IMG/VR virus record: IMGVR_UViG_3300027851_001141
Origin: an uncultured virus (IMG/VR IMGVR_UViG_3300027851_001141)
Lineage: Duplodnaviria > Heunggongvirae > Uroviricota > Caudoviricetes
Length of the DNA stretch: 20,000 nt
Direction: 5' to 3' (one strand)
Part shown: in pieces, positions 12,764 to 20,000 of the stretch
How the letters are laid out: each line of letters begins with the position of its first letter
Numbering within the stretch: position 1 is the stretch's first letter
Translations under genes and position numbers: made by a program
Notes under the pieces: generated by a model
The model's database searches: none
Told to the model about the DNA's origin: nothing
The model's input: only the letters and a program-made list of their open reading frames with translations

Positions 12764-13171
12764 TCAGTACTCCTCGTCCATGTAGTACGGCTCGTAGTTT
12801 CCGTGAATGCCTTCGCTGTTATCCACGGAACACCGCTCCTCTGCTCTTTCGAGCATATCCCAGAAGTCCTGAAAGTCGAAGAACTGTGTGTAGGTTCCGT
12901 TCTCGTCCTGGATCTCCTGGTAGATTTCGGGATGTTGCCCTGTCGGATCGACAGCCGTCCACCGTTGAACCTTCTCCAGCGTCCACCCCTTGCGAGGTGC
13001 TAGGTCCAGGCTGTACACTCCCTCTTGAAGATCCTTGTGATCGAGAACCTTCTTGGTCACTCGGTCGAGAGTCAACTCTCTCACCGGCCAGTCGACGTCC
13101 TCCAGAACGTTGTCGGACACACGAACGTGAATCACAACCACTCCCGGACGAGGACTACTCACGCTGGACAT
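12764..13171 (-). CDS. Hypothetical acidic protein (135 aa)
   Basis: GGAG SD, operon tiling. Confidence 0.75.
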   Translation of the reverse strand: MSSVSSPRPGVVVIHVRVSDNVLEDVDWPVRELTLDRVTKKVLDHKDLQEGVYSLDLAPRKGWTLEKVQRWTAVDPTGQHPEIYQEIQDENGTYTQFFDFQDFWDMLERAEERCSVDNSEGIHGNYEPYYMDEEY

Positions 13172-13347
13172 TCGATCTTCTCCCTCCTCTTGACCGTCTT
13201 GAAGACGGTGCCAGGTTCGTTCATTCGATATTCACGAAGCCTATTTCTTGCTTCCTTCCAGGTGGTTTCTGCTGTCACCACCTCGAACCCTTGACCATAG
13301 TCTCCCAGGATATCCCAGTAGTCTCTGGTTTTTCGTTGGTACGCCAT
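13159..13347 (-). CDS. Small conserved-looking phage protein (MAYQRKTRD...YGQGFE...EYR.NE)
   Basis: Start reassigned to ATG 13347, TGATG overlap. Confidence 0.8.
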   Translation of the reverse strand: MAYQRKTRDYWDILGDYGQGFEVVTAETTWKEARNRLREYRMNEPGTVFKTVKRREKIECPA

Positions 13348-13655
13348 CACGCTGCCTTCTTGTGAGTGGAGACGTGAATGTTCTTGGCTCGGCCACGAAT
13401 CTTTTGAAGATCCATCCCGATGTCGAACTCGTCTCGGGAGAGAACGACCTTCTCTCCTGCGTAGAAGATGCCATCCTCCGTCGTCATCTCTGCGATGAAG
13501 AGGAGCTTGGGGTTCTTCTCCTTGAGCGTTCCGACGAAACGGAACTTGCCCTTGATCGGCTTGGGTTGAATGCGGTGCTTCTTTGCAGCCGCCTTCTCCT
13601 TTTCGGTGAGGGGCAGGTTGAAGTCGTAGGTTTCGCGGAGGATGGGAAAGAACAT
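13347..13655 (-). CDS. Hypothetical basic protein (102 aa)
   Basis: AAGGAG SD, promoter 13695-13710. Confidence 0.85.
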   Translation of the reverse strand: MFFPILRETYDFNLPLTEKEKAAAKKHRIQPKPIKGKFRFVGTLKEKNPKLLFIAEMTTEDGIFYAGEKVVLSRDEFDIGMDLQKIRGRAKNIHVSTHKKAA

Positions 13656-13694
13656 GACTATTCTCCTTTGCCGCCATCACTTGACGGTCCTTAC

Positions 13695-13710
13695 TAGTAT
13701 GACCAGGGTT
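13695..13710 (-). promoter_or_regulatory. Phage promoter motif AACCCTGGTCATACTA
   Basis: Matches consensus. Confidence 0.85.
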
Positions 13711-13732
13711 CGTAATCCTCATTAGGATGCAC

Positions 13733-13772
13733 TTTAACGAGCAATGGAGGCCCTTATGGACCTCTATTGCTC
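13733..13772 (-). terminator. Intrinsic terminator
   Basis: gagcaatggagg...cctctattgctc stem plus tttaac. Confidence 0.7.
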
Positions 13773-13785
13773 AAGGAAGTGAAGA

Positions 13786-14004
13786 TTACTTCCAGCGAAG
13801 AATGGCCTCGGATGCTATGGTAGCCAGGTCGAACACAACTAGCCCTGAGTCTTTTCCTTCTGCGTCGGAAAGGTCGTCAGCCTCTCGCAGTCGAATGGCA
13901 AACTGCCCGTCCAAAGAAACGGACTGCTCTTCACACACTCGTTGAAGCTCGCGAAGAGCCTTTGCGATTCTCGGGTCCAGATCGGTCAGACTGAGGGGGA
14001 GCAT
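13786..14004 (-). CDS. Hypothetical protein (MLPLSLTDLD...)
   Basis: Start reassigned to ATG 14004, overlapping the end of the upstream gene. Confidence 0.65.
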   Translation of the reverse strand: MLPLSLTDLDPRIAKALRELQRVCEEQSVSLDGQFAIRLREADDLSDAEGKDSGLVVFDLATIASEAILRWK

Positions 14005-14546
14005 TGCTGTACTTCGTCTTCCGAGTGAACGAAGAAGTCCCGATCTCGATAGAACCCGATCTTTTCCTTGAACCTCTTCGTTGCTTTCTGGATGTTCAAC
14101 AGAAGATTGCCGTCTTCTGCACAGTGAGTGATGGCTCTTCCTACTGCCGAGTAGAAAGCGCCTTCGACCATCCACGTACTGAACGAGTCCGTTCTCTCTA
14201 CCATGCAGAAGCCCTCTCCCAGCCTTGTGCAGTCCAGGGGAGAAGGCATCGTCAAGGAATGGTGGGCTGCCAACACGCTGACGTGAATCCTTTGTAGAGT
14301 CTCGTCGATCAGGAGATCGTCGTACTTGACGATTTCCGGACCGAAGATGCTCGTCGCCTCGAAGAGATCGTCCTTGAGGTGTCGAACGATCTCCAAGGGC
14401 AGGAAGGTTCTGGAGGAGGTTGCGTAACGGTACACCTTGCAACTCGTGTAGTCGAAGTCGGGAACCTCGCCCGGCTTCGGCAGGAGGAGCGAAGCGGAAA
14501 CCTTGCGGCGATCGAAGGTGGCAACGATGAATACTTTGTTGTCCAT
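13986..14546 (-). CDS. Hypothetical protein (186 aa)
   Basis: ORF tiling and codon style. Confidence 0.8.
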   Translation of the reverse strand: MDNKVFIVATFDRRKVSASLLLPKPGEVPDFDYTSCKVYRYATSSRTFLPLEIVRHLKDDLFEATSIFGPEIVKYDDLLIDETLQRIHVSVLAAHHSLTMPSPLDCTRLGEGFCMVERTDSFSTWMVEGAFYSAVGRAITHCAEDGNLLLNIQKATKRFKEKIGFYRDRDFFVHSEDEVQQCSPSV

Positions 14547-14556
14547 TATTTACTTT

Positions 14557-14745
14557 CTATGAGATCAAGTCTCGTGTTTCCATGCAGGTGACACAGACAT
14601 TTCCACGAAAAGGAATCTCGCTCTGGCAGTCTTCGCACATCTTGACTCCCGAAAGGTAGTCGTCTGTGGTGAGAGTACGAGGACTCTTGCCGAGAGCGGG
14701 AGGAACTTTGTGTTTCTTGGACACCTTATTCTTTCGCTTCGGCAT
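14557..14745 (-). CDS. Small protein with basic N-terminus and CxxC..CxxC Zn finger
   Basis: CEDC...CVTC. Confidence 0.7.
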   Translation of the reverse strand: MPKRKNKVSKKHKVPPALGKSPRTLTTDDYLSGVKMCEDCQSEIPFRGNVCVTCMETRDLIS

Positions 14746-14751
14746 AAGTTC

Positions 14752-14916
14752 CTAGCAGCGGCCGATTCTGGCGCGATAGAAGCCTCCCATCGCCTGTACT
14801 AACCCTACCTGCGCTGCTAGTTCGGCAGTGGTCCGAGGCGTTTCCCACTTGTACACTATTCCTTTTCTTCGATCGAACTTATTGGTCGGACCATAGTTGT
14901 ACCACTTTTCATTCAT
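14752..14916 (-). CDS. Hypothetical protein (54 aa, MNEKWYNYGP...)
   Basis: Hand-translated ORF filling a gap below the ORF-track threshold. Confidence 0.6.
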   Translation of the reverse strand: MNEKWYNYGPTNKFDRRKGIVYKWETPRTTAELAAQVGLVQAMGGFYRARIGRC

Positions 14917-14927
14917 GGGATGCCTTG

Positions 14928-15218
14928 TTACTTCGCCAAGGTTTTTCCTAGGCGAAGTCCCTTATTCGTTGGGTAGAGTCGCACAGTCTTTCCGTTGCGC
15001 CGCTGCGCCAGACCTTCTTTTTCCAGAAGGTTTGCAGCGGCCGTCTTGGCGTAGTCTCCGATCTTTTCGGAGAGGCCAGGAATCAACTTGATCTCGTTCA
15101 GAACCAGAGGCGAATGTTTGGTCAGAAGGTGCGCTAGAAGTTCGTCTACGTCAGCTACTCCGATCTCCATAAGAGCAACTGCGACCTTTTCCAACGCTTT
15201 CTTTTCGTCTTCTGTCAT
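14928..15218 (-). CDS. Possible winged-helix (MarR-like C-terminus) protein
   Basis: LLEKEGLAQR...VRLYPTNKG resembles the wHTH wing motif. Confidence 0.7.
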   Translation of the reverse strand: MTEDEKKALEKVAVALMEIGVADVDELLAHLLTKHSPLVLNEIKLIPGLSEKIGDYAKTAAANLLEKEGLAQRRNGKTVRLYPTNKGLRLGKTLAK

Positions 15219-15388
15219 TTGCAGTCGACCGTTAGTTCGTAGGTATCTACGATTTCCCCTCCAGAAGTGAGAAGCCCATCTCCGATGGCTCTGCGCGTCT
15301 CTCGATCCAGGGCCATGAGAAGGCTGTCTTCGTCTTGAATGGTCGACTCGTCGTACCAGACTTCGAGAGTGATGGTGACCTTTTTCAT
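15215..15388 (-). CDS. Hypothetical acidic protein (57 aa, MKKVTITLEV...)
   Basis: Hand-translated; ATGA overlaps at both ends. Confidence 0.75.
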   Translation of the reverse strand: MKKVTITLEVWYDESTIQDEDSLLMALDRETRRAIGDGLLTSGGEIVDTYELTVDCK

Positions 15389-15636
15389 CCTTTGAGTATT
15401 CCCCTCTTCCTCAGAAGAGTCGTGTAGGAGTTGTGGTGGTAGTACAGCATTTCGTCCCCCAATACTTCGTGTAGACCAATCAAATGGGGGACCACAAGAT
15501 CAGTGCAAGAGGGGCAGAGGTACTCTGTATCGAGTCCATTCCTTCCGTTGAGTAGTAGCATGGCTCCTTCTTCGGGAGCCAGGCCCTGCACAACGGATAC
15601 TTCTGCTCCGCACCTCTTGCACTGTCTTTTCTTCAT
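15385..15636 (-). CDS. Zn-finger-like protein (CKRC...CPSC)
   Basis: Start reassigned to ATG 15636, ATGA overlap. Confidence 0.75.
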   Translation of the reverse strand: MKKRQCKRCGAEVSVVQGLAPEEGAMLLLNGRNGLDTEYLCPSCTDLVVPHLIGLHEVLGDEMLYYHHNSYTTLLRKRGILKG

Positions 15637-15980
15637 TGCTGAATTCCGTTGACGCGTGATAGGCGATCCTGCTCGGCCCAAAACTGCTTGGACGACCAGT
15701 CGTGCTCACTTGCCGTCGAGTGACCTTCGTAGAGTTTGTCTACGAGTCTCTTGATGGGTACCCTGTTGAATGCCGCATATCCGATTGTGTGTGCAAGCCA
15801 CTCCCATACGGGAGGACCAGCGTACGAAGTGCCATTTGGGTCCACGCCTTTGAAGGTGGGTTCCTTGTCGTCGACCACCTCGAAAATCAGAGTGCGCAGA
15901 AACTCCAAACGTTCCTCCACGGAACGTTGCATGAGACGGCGCACCGCCTTCTCCGCCATTTTTTTGGTGTATTTGATCAT
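15633..15980 (-). CDS. Hypothetical protein (115 aa)
   Basis: ATGA overlaps. Confidence 0.8.
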   Translation of the reverse strand: MIKYTKKMAEKAVRRLMQRSVEERLEFLRTLIFEVVDDKEPTFKGVDPNGTSYAGPPVWEWLAHTIGYAAFNRVPIKRLVDKLYEGHSTASEHDWSSKQFWAEQDRLSRVNGIQQ

Positions 15981-16342
15981 TGGTTCTTCCGAATGGCGCT
16001 GAACTGCTGATGGAAGTCGTCGATGTGGATCTGGTTGGTGATCCGTCGAATGATCAGCTCGTACAGACCCGAAGACATGACCTTCGAGGACCAGTCGTTC
16101 GGGTAGCTCATCTTACGACGGCACTTGAGAACGTCACAGACGTATCGAAGTTCCTGGTAGCTGGTCACGAGGCGAAGAAGATCGATCTCCGCATCCTGAA
16201 TGGGAGTGAGAGGATTCAACAATCCCATGCAGTTGGCGGTGTGTTCCGCCTCTCCCAAGATTTGCAGGAACATCTTGGACTGGTCCGGCTCTCGGAGAAG
16301 TTGTTCGTGAGTGACCTGTTCGATTCGCAGATACTTGCTCAT
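15977..16342 (-). CDS. Hypothetical protein (121 aa)
   Basis: AAGGAGG SD, promoter 16362-16377. Confidence 0.85.
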   Translation of the reverse strand: MSKYLRIEQVTHEQLLREPDQSKMFLQILGEAEHTANCMGLLNPLTPIQDAEIDLLRLVTSYQELRYVCDVLKCRRKMSYPNDWSSKVMSSGLYELIIRRITNQIHIDDFHQQFSAIRKNQ

Positions 16343-16361
16343 GTGAGCCTCCTTTTGCTTT

Positions 16362-16377
16362 TATTATGGGCAGGGTT
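16362..16377 (-). promoter_or_regulatory. Phage promoter motif AACCCTGCCCATAATA
   Basis: Matches consensus; identical to the 2287-2302 copy. Confidence 0.85.
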
Positions 16378-16574
16378 CAACCCTTGCGAACCTTTTCTAA
16401 ATGATACTGCACGTCAGCCTCTGACTCAGGATCTCCACGAACCTGTAGTATCAAGGCGCGTGCTGCTTCTGGATTTCTGTCCATCCAGTCCGGAAGAATA
16501 TACTTACGAAAGTACAGAGAGCGAAGGAGAAACCCCTCGATGTCAACGTGCTTCTGTTCCGGCTTCTTGGACAT
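16377..16574 (-). CDS. Hypothetical protein (65 aa)
   Basis: ORF tiling. Confidence 0.6.
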   Translation of the reverse strand: MSKKPEQKHVDIEGFLLRSLYFRKYILPDWMDRNPEAARALILQVRGDPESEADVQYHLEKVRKG

Positions 16575-16881
16575 TGTCTAGATCCGCAAACAGGTTTTCT
16601 CGTTCTACCAAAGACATAGCCTTGTCCGTGACGTGGTATTCTTTCCACATCTTTCCAAGGTACCCCAACTCTTCTAGGATTTTTATGGAATCCATCAGGT
16701 GTCTGTTAATACCTCCCGACAGGCTCCACGCATCATAGCTTCCCCATTCGTACACCTTACGAAAGACAGCAGGAAGAGCCTTTCTCACGTTCGCTGAGAT
16801 AGGCGTCTTGATATTCTTCTCCTGGGCTTCGTTCATGAGAAGGTTACTAAGCTTGATGTAGTCTTCTTTAGTCATAGTCAT
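16543..16881 (-). CDS. Possible winged-helix protein (112 aa)
   Basis: IKILEELGYL...YHVTDKA resembles the wHTH wing motif. Confidence 0.7.
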   Translation of the reverse strand: MTMTKEDYIKLSNLLMNEAQEKNIKTPISANVRKALPAVFRKVYEWGSYDAWSLSGGINRHLMDSIKILEELGYLGKMWKEYHVTDKAMSLVERENLFADLDNVQEAGTEAR

Positions 16882-16889
16882 TTAGGTTC

Positions 16890-16922
16890 GTTAAACAGGT
16901 AAGGGCCCCACCTTGGGGCCCT
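16890..16922 (-). terminator. Intrinsic terminator
   Basis: agggcccca-cct-tggggccct plus gttaaac. Confidence 0.8.
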
Positions 16923-16928
16923 CCTGTT

Positions 16929-17519
16929 TTACACACTCAGGGTATTCGACGCCAGTGGAAGGGAAAGCTGGGGCTCATCCTCTCGAAGAGTGGACAGGCT
17001 GTGTTCCCCGTCCAGCTTGGCGCTCTCTTCTCCGTAGAATCCGTAACAGGAATCCACGATTTCTCCTTCATCATTCAGAATGTTGTAACCCCACACGTCA
17101 CCCTGAATGTACATGTCGTAGGTCTTCACCTCTTCCTGCAAGCAGGAAGCCACCTTCTCGCGCATCTTCTTCGTGACGTTTCGTTTGTGGCCAAACGCTC
17201 TCAGGGCGTCTTCGCGGGAAACGTAGATGAATCCCACCTGCCCCGAATCCCAGCGGTCGCCGAAATCTTGGGTTCGCATGGTGATGCTTCCATGGTCGTA
17301 GAGATACAACGGAAGAACAACCAAGGCATCCTTCACGTCGTAGAGGTACTTCTCCATGTCCTCCCACGACTCGAAATCGGAGGTCTGGATTCCGATATCG
17401 TTCTTGTCGCCGAGGTTGTACCTCTTGTGGAAGCACAGCATCTTTCCGATGTTGTCGTGGCATTCTCGCGGGTTGAAGATCGGGTCAGAGTCTTGAACGA
17501 GTTTGAGAGTCAGAGTCAT
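16929..17519 (-). CDS. Conserved hypothetical protein (LPLYLYDH.S...WDSGQVG...DSC.GFYG family)
   Basis: Start reassigned to ATG 17519 (AAGGAG SD); motif family recalled from phages and conjugative elements. Confidence 0.85.
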   Translation of the reverse strand: MTLTLKLVQDSDPIFNPRECHDNIGKMLCFHKRYNLGDKNDIGIQTSDFESWEDMEKYLYDVKDALVVLPLYLYDHGSITMRTQDFGDRWDSGQVGFIYVSREDALRAFGHKRNVTKKMREKVASCLQEEVKTYDMYIQGDVWGYNILNDEGEIVDSCYGFYGEESAKLDGEHSLSTLREDEPQLSLPLASNTLSV

Positions 17520-17533
17520 TGTTACTTCTCCTT

Positions 17534-17722
17534 TCACGAAAGTTCGCTTGCGAAACATTCGAGGACGCTTCCATCCTCGTCCCTGATACTTACTACTTCC
17601 TCTTCGATGTCGATGACTTCGATTTCCAGAATCTTGTAGTGACGTGAACAGGCTCCGTTGTCCGGATCTTCCCACCACACTTCGTCTCCGCGATGCAGAG
17701 CACGCACTTCTTTCAGGGTCAT
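17534..17722 (-). CDS. Small SH3-like/beta protein (MTLKEVRALH...)
   Basis: Start reassigned to ATG 17722 (AAGGA SD). Confidence 0.75.
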   Translation of the reverse strand: MTLKEVRALHRGDEVWWEDPDNGACSRHYKILEIEVIDIEEEVVSIRDEDGSVLECFASELS

Positions 17723-17738
17723 GATTTCCTTTCGATAC

Positions 17739-18104
17739 TCATCGATAGGGTCCGATGTTCCGGCGATGGGTTTCCAGAAAGGGCCATTCACGCGACCCCT
17801 CCTCAGTTTCCATCATGATTGTGACCGTGTCACCTTCCACCTTGTGTATGGTACCACGTCGAAGTTGGCCAAAAGTATCGGAAGCCGACACCTTATCTCC
17901 GACAAGAAGAGAAGGTGCATCCTTCTTTGCGCCTGCCCGCTTCTCTGCCTTACGCTGGCGCTTTTCCTCCGCCTTGGCCTTGCGGTCCAAGTCTCCCTGA
18001 GTGATGATCTTTTCCTCTCGTTTCTTTCGAGGAGGAAGAAGATTGTCCAGAAAGTCTGGTCCAAGAATGGCAGACAGAGCCCCTAGAGCACGGTTGGGTT
18101 TCAT
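17739..18104 (-). CDS. Hypothetical protein, basic linker plus small beta domain
   Basis: Start reassigned to ATG 18104 (GAGGA SD). Confidence 0.75.
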   Translation of the reverse strand: MKPNRALGALSAILGPDFLDNLLPPRKKREEKIITQGDLDRKAKAEEKRQRKAEKRAGAKKDAPSLLVGDKVSASDTFGQLRRGTIHKVEGDTVTIMMETEEGSREWPFLETHRRNIGPYR

Positions 18105-18114
18105 TTGTACATCC

Positions 18115-18501
18115 TCAGGATTGAAGGTCGTATTCGTAGGAACCTTCCTCGGTGCCAGGCCAAGCAACGAGGGTCTGACTTCCGAATGTCTTGGACATTC
18201 GAGTCAGTTCCAGGCCGTCCGGAGACGGCCAGTCGCCATCCCAGAACCCTGCTCCGTGACCATTTCGGGTCAGACAGAAATCGTGTCCTGCCTGTTTCTC
18301 GTTTCCTTTGATGAGAGTACCCGCCATTTCCTGGAAGGAACCACAGTCGGAGAGAATCTGTTGTTGAATCACCTCCGGAAGATCGGACCAAAGAGGACCA
18401 GCGTCACTGTCATCCAGTGGCGCACCCTCCGAACCCTCCGTTGGGTAGTAGAATCCTACCCAGCACAGGCACTCGAAATACGCTTGTGTGAACTTGTCCA
18501 T
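18115..18501 (-). CDS. Conserved phage protein (GHDF.LTRNGHGAGFWD motif)
   Basis: AGGAG SD; widespread phage hypothetical motif. Confidence 0.85.
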   Translation of the reverse strand: MDKFTQAYFECLCWVGFYYPTEGSEGAPLDDSDAGPLWSDLPEVIQQQILSDCGSFQEMAGTLIKGNEKQAGHDFCLTRNGHGAGFWDGDWPSPDGLELTRMSKTFGSQTLVAWPGTEEGSYEYDLQS

Positions 18502-18512
18502 TGTTATTTCTC

Positions 18513-18932
18513 CTAATCGTTGGATTCCTTCGACACGAAATCCACTTCCCAGCCTGTGGAGTTCTCGTTGACCTCACCAACTTCTCCTCGATTGAGGATT
18601 TCGTTGGCCATCTTCTCTGCCTCTTTGGATGACGTGGCTTCGATCGTCAGGTAGGAAGAGTTCACGACGTTCACTCGGTACGTCTTCTTTACCTTGGGCA
18701 GGGGACGGATCACATTCATGATCTCTGCCGTCTCTTCCTCTGTGAAGATGATCACGTTCGCGTCGTTGGAGAAGTTCTTCCTCCAGTGAGGAAATTTCTT
18801 GAACACCCACTCCAGCTCGTGGCCGTCCGCCTGAATGCGCACTACCCAAAACTTGTGGAGTAGGGAGAGAAAGTTGGTCCCTACGTGACCTTCACGAGAA
18901 TCACCTTCTCTATTGATGAAGTAGAATGCCAT
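18513..18932 (-). CDS. Hypothetical two-domain protein (MAFYFINRE...)
   Basis: Start reassigned to ATG 18932 (AAGGAG SD). Confidence 0.8.
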   Translation of the reverse strand: MAFYFINREGDSREGHVGTNFLSLLHKFWVVRIQADGHELEWVFKKFPHWRKNFSNDANVIIFTEEETAEIMNVIRPLPKVKKTYRVNVVNSSYLTIEATSSKEAEKMANEILNRGEVGEVNENSTGWEVDFVSKESND

Positions 18933-18985
18933 ATCATTTCTCCTTCTTGGGTTGACTGGCGCCAACACTTGGTTAGCCTTGTTGC

Positions 18986-19621
18986 ATGACACACGTTTGT
19001 GAATGCGGTAGAAGAAAAGACAAGAGGTCAGTAATGTGCCGCACCTGTAGACACAACCTCATGTACACCAGTTGCTCTTCAAAAACATGTACAGCATGTA
19101 AGCAGGACTTGCATTTGAGTGAGTTTAGGATACGGACCAGAAAAACTCCACGTCCAAGACCTGTGTGTAAGAAGTGCGAGTCTCTTGAACAGGCTGCCCG
19201 CCTCAAAAGAAAGAGGGAAGAGAACCCTACTGCTGTTAGGGAGAAAAAGAGAAGGTGGAGTCAGGAGAACTCTGACAGTGTGAGAAAAACCTGTGTCAGA
19301 ACCAAGTGTAGAAAGTTAGGCTGGGAGGAACACTTTATAACTCAAGTTGTAAGATACTCCCAAACCAAACTGACATGTGAAATATGCGGGTTGGACCCAT
19401 CCCTCGATGACTCTCGGTACAACAGGCTATCCGTAGACCATTGTCACACCACTAATGAGTTTCGAGGAATGTTGTGCAATAGCTGTAACTTAGCTATAGG
19501 GAAATTTCAGGACAAACCCGAGTTACTTCTTAGGGCTGTTGAATACCTTAAGAGGCCACGGCCTCTGACATTTCCCAGCACTCAGGTCCAAAGCCTCGAC
19601 GACAAGAATCCGGAACCGTGA
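18986..19621 (+). CDS. Endonuclease VII-like HNH (homing) endonuclease
   Basis: CEICG...LSVDHCH.T...RGMLC..CN.AIG.F.D....L.RA..YL is the recombination endonuclease VII pattern; N-terminal CxxC pairs. Confidence 0.9.
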   Translation: MTHVCECGRRKDKRSVMCRTCRHNLMYTSCSSKTCTACKQDLHLSEFRIRTRKTPRPRPVCKKCESLEQAARLKRKREENPTAVREKKRRWSQENSDSVRKTCVRTKCRKLGWEEHFITQVVRYSQTKLTCEICGLDPSLDDSRYNRLSVDHCHTTNEFRGMLCNSCNLAIGKFQDKPELLLRAVEYLKRPRPLTFPSTQVQSLDDKNPEP

Positions 19622-20000
19622 GTGCTCGACCACATCGAGCACACTTTCCGACGTGGTGGAACTCGAACTCGATCGGAAAGTCTTGCTTGGAAAACAGACG
19701 ATCGAAGAACCATCGCCAAGCTCTTGCGCTGGGTGCGTTCTCCGTGATCTTTCCTTTGGCCGAGTGCTTGAATCTGGGAGGCTGCGTATGTCTCTCATAA
19801 CCCTGGGCAGGAAAGATGGTACCGAAGAATCGGTAATCCGAATGGTTGTCGGGTCCGTTGAGGAGAGATACCCAAAAGATATCTCCGTCCTTCTTTTGCC
19901 TCACCTTGTAGGTGAAACGATTTCCGGTGAGCTTGTTCTCGATGGTGAAGATCGCATTTCCTCCGAGAACGAAGCGAATGATGTCTTCCTTTTTGTGTAG
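19548..20000 (-). CDS. DUF6011-type Zn-ribbon phage protein, 5' end beyond the window
   Basis: Frame open to the window edge (LHKKEDIIRFVLGGNAIFT...); C-terminal CARCGRALTVPDSCRRGFGPEC. Confidence 0.85.
   Translation of the reverse strand, partial: LHKKEDIIRFVLGGNAIFTIENKLTGNRFTYKVRQKKDGDIFWVSLLNGPDNHSDYRFFGTIFPAQGYERHTQPPRFKHSAKGKITENAPSARAWRWFFDRLFSKQDFPIEFEFHHVGKCARCGRALTVPDSCRRGFGPECWEMSEAVAS

Noticed and set aside
14752..14820. CTAGCAGCG/CGCTGCTAG inverted repeat as an ncRNA
   Set aside because: It lies inside a plausible 54-aa ORF, and a single 9-bp match is weak evidence.
1..20000. Alternative genetic code (stop-codon reassignment)
   Set aside because: Genes tile densely under the standard code, and TAA, TAG and TGA all appear as stops next to terminators or downstream starts.

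Overview
This window looks like the early, host-takeover or accessory region of a large tailed phage; the host cannot be identified from the sequence. About 50 short, tightly packed genes lie on the minus strand, most with strong Shine-Dalgarno (SD) sites and no recognisable function. They are organised as small promoter-gene(s)-terminator cassettes. A 16-bp phage-type promoter motif (minus strand AACCC-N4-CATAVTA) occurs 19 times, and hairpin terminators carry a conserved TTTAA tail. Interleaved CTGCGAG/CTCGYAG palindromes abut several promoters. Recognisable proteins are few: an endonuclease VII-like HNH nuclease (the only credible plus-strand gene), a DUF6011-type Zn-ribbon protein, a minimal protein-kinase-like protein and two winged-helix-like proteins. 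The most unusual content is non-coding. There is one canonical tRNA-Lys(UUU), flanked by an anti-SD-loop hairpin pair and a ~200-nt highly structured RNA. Two tRNA mimics each lie directly behind their own promoter and keep the acceptor stem, T-arm and CCA, but have the anticodon region replaced by a branched domain. A ~115-nt promoter-to-terminator transcript contains an SD-ATG-TAA start-stop minigene. All protein family assignments are by eye and no database searches were run.
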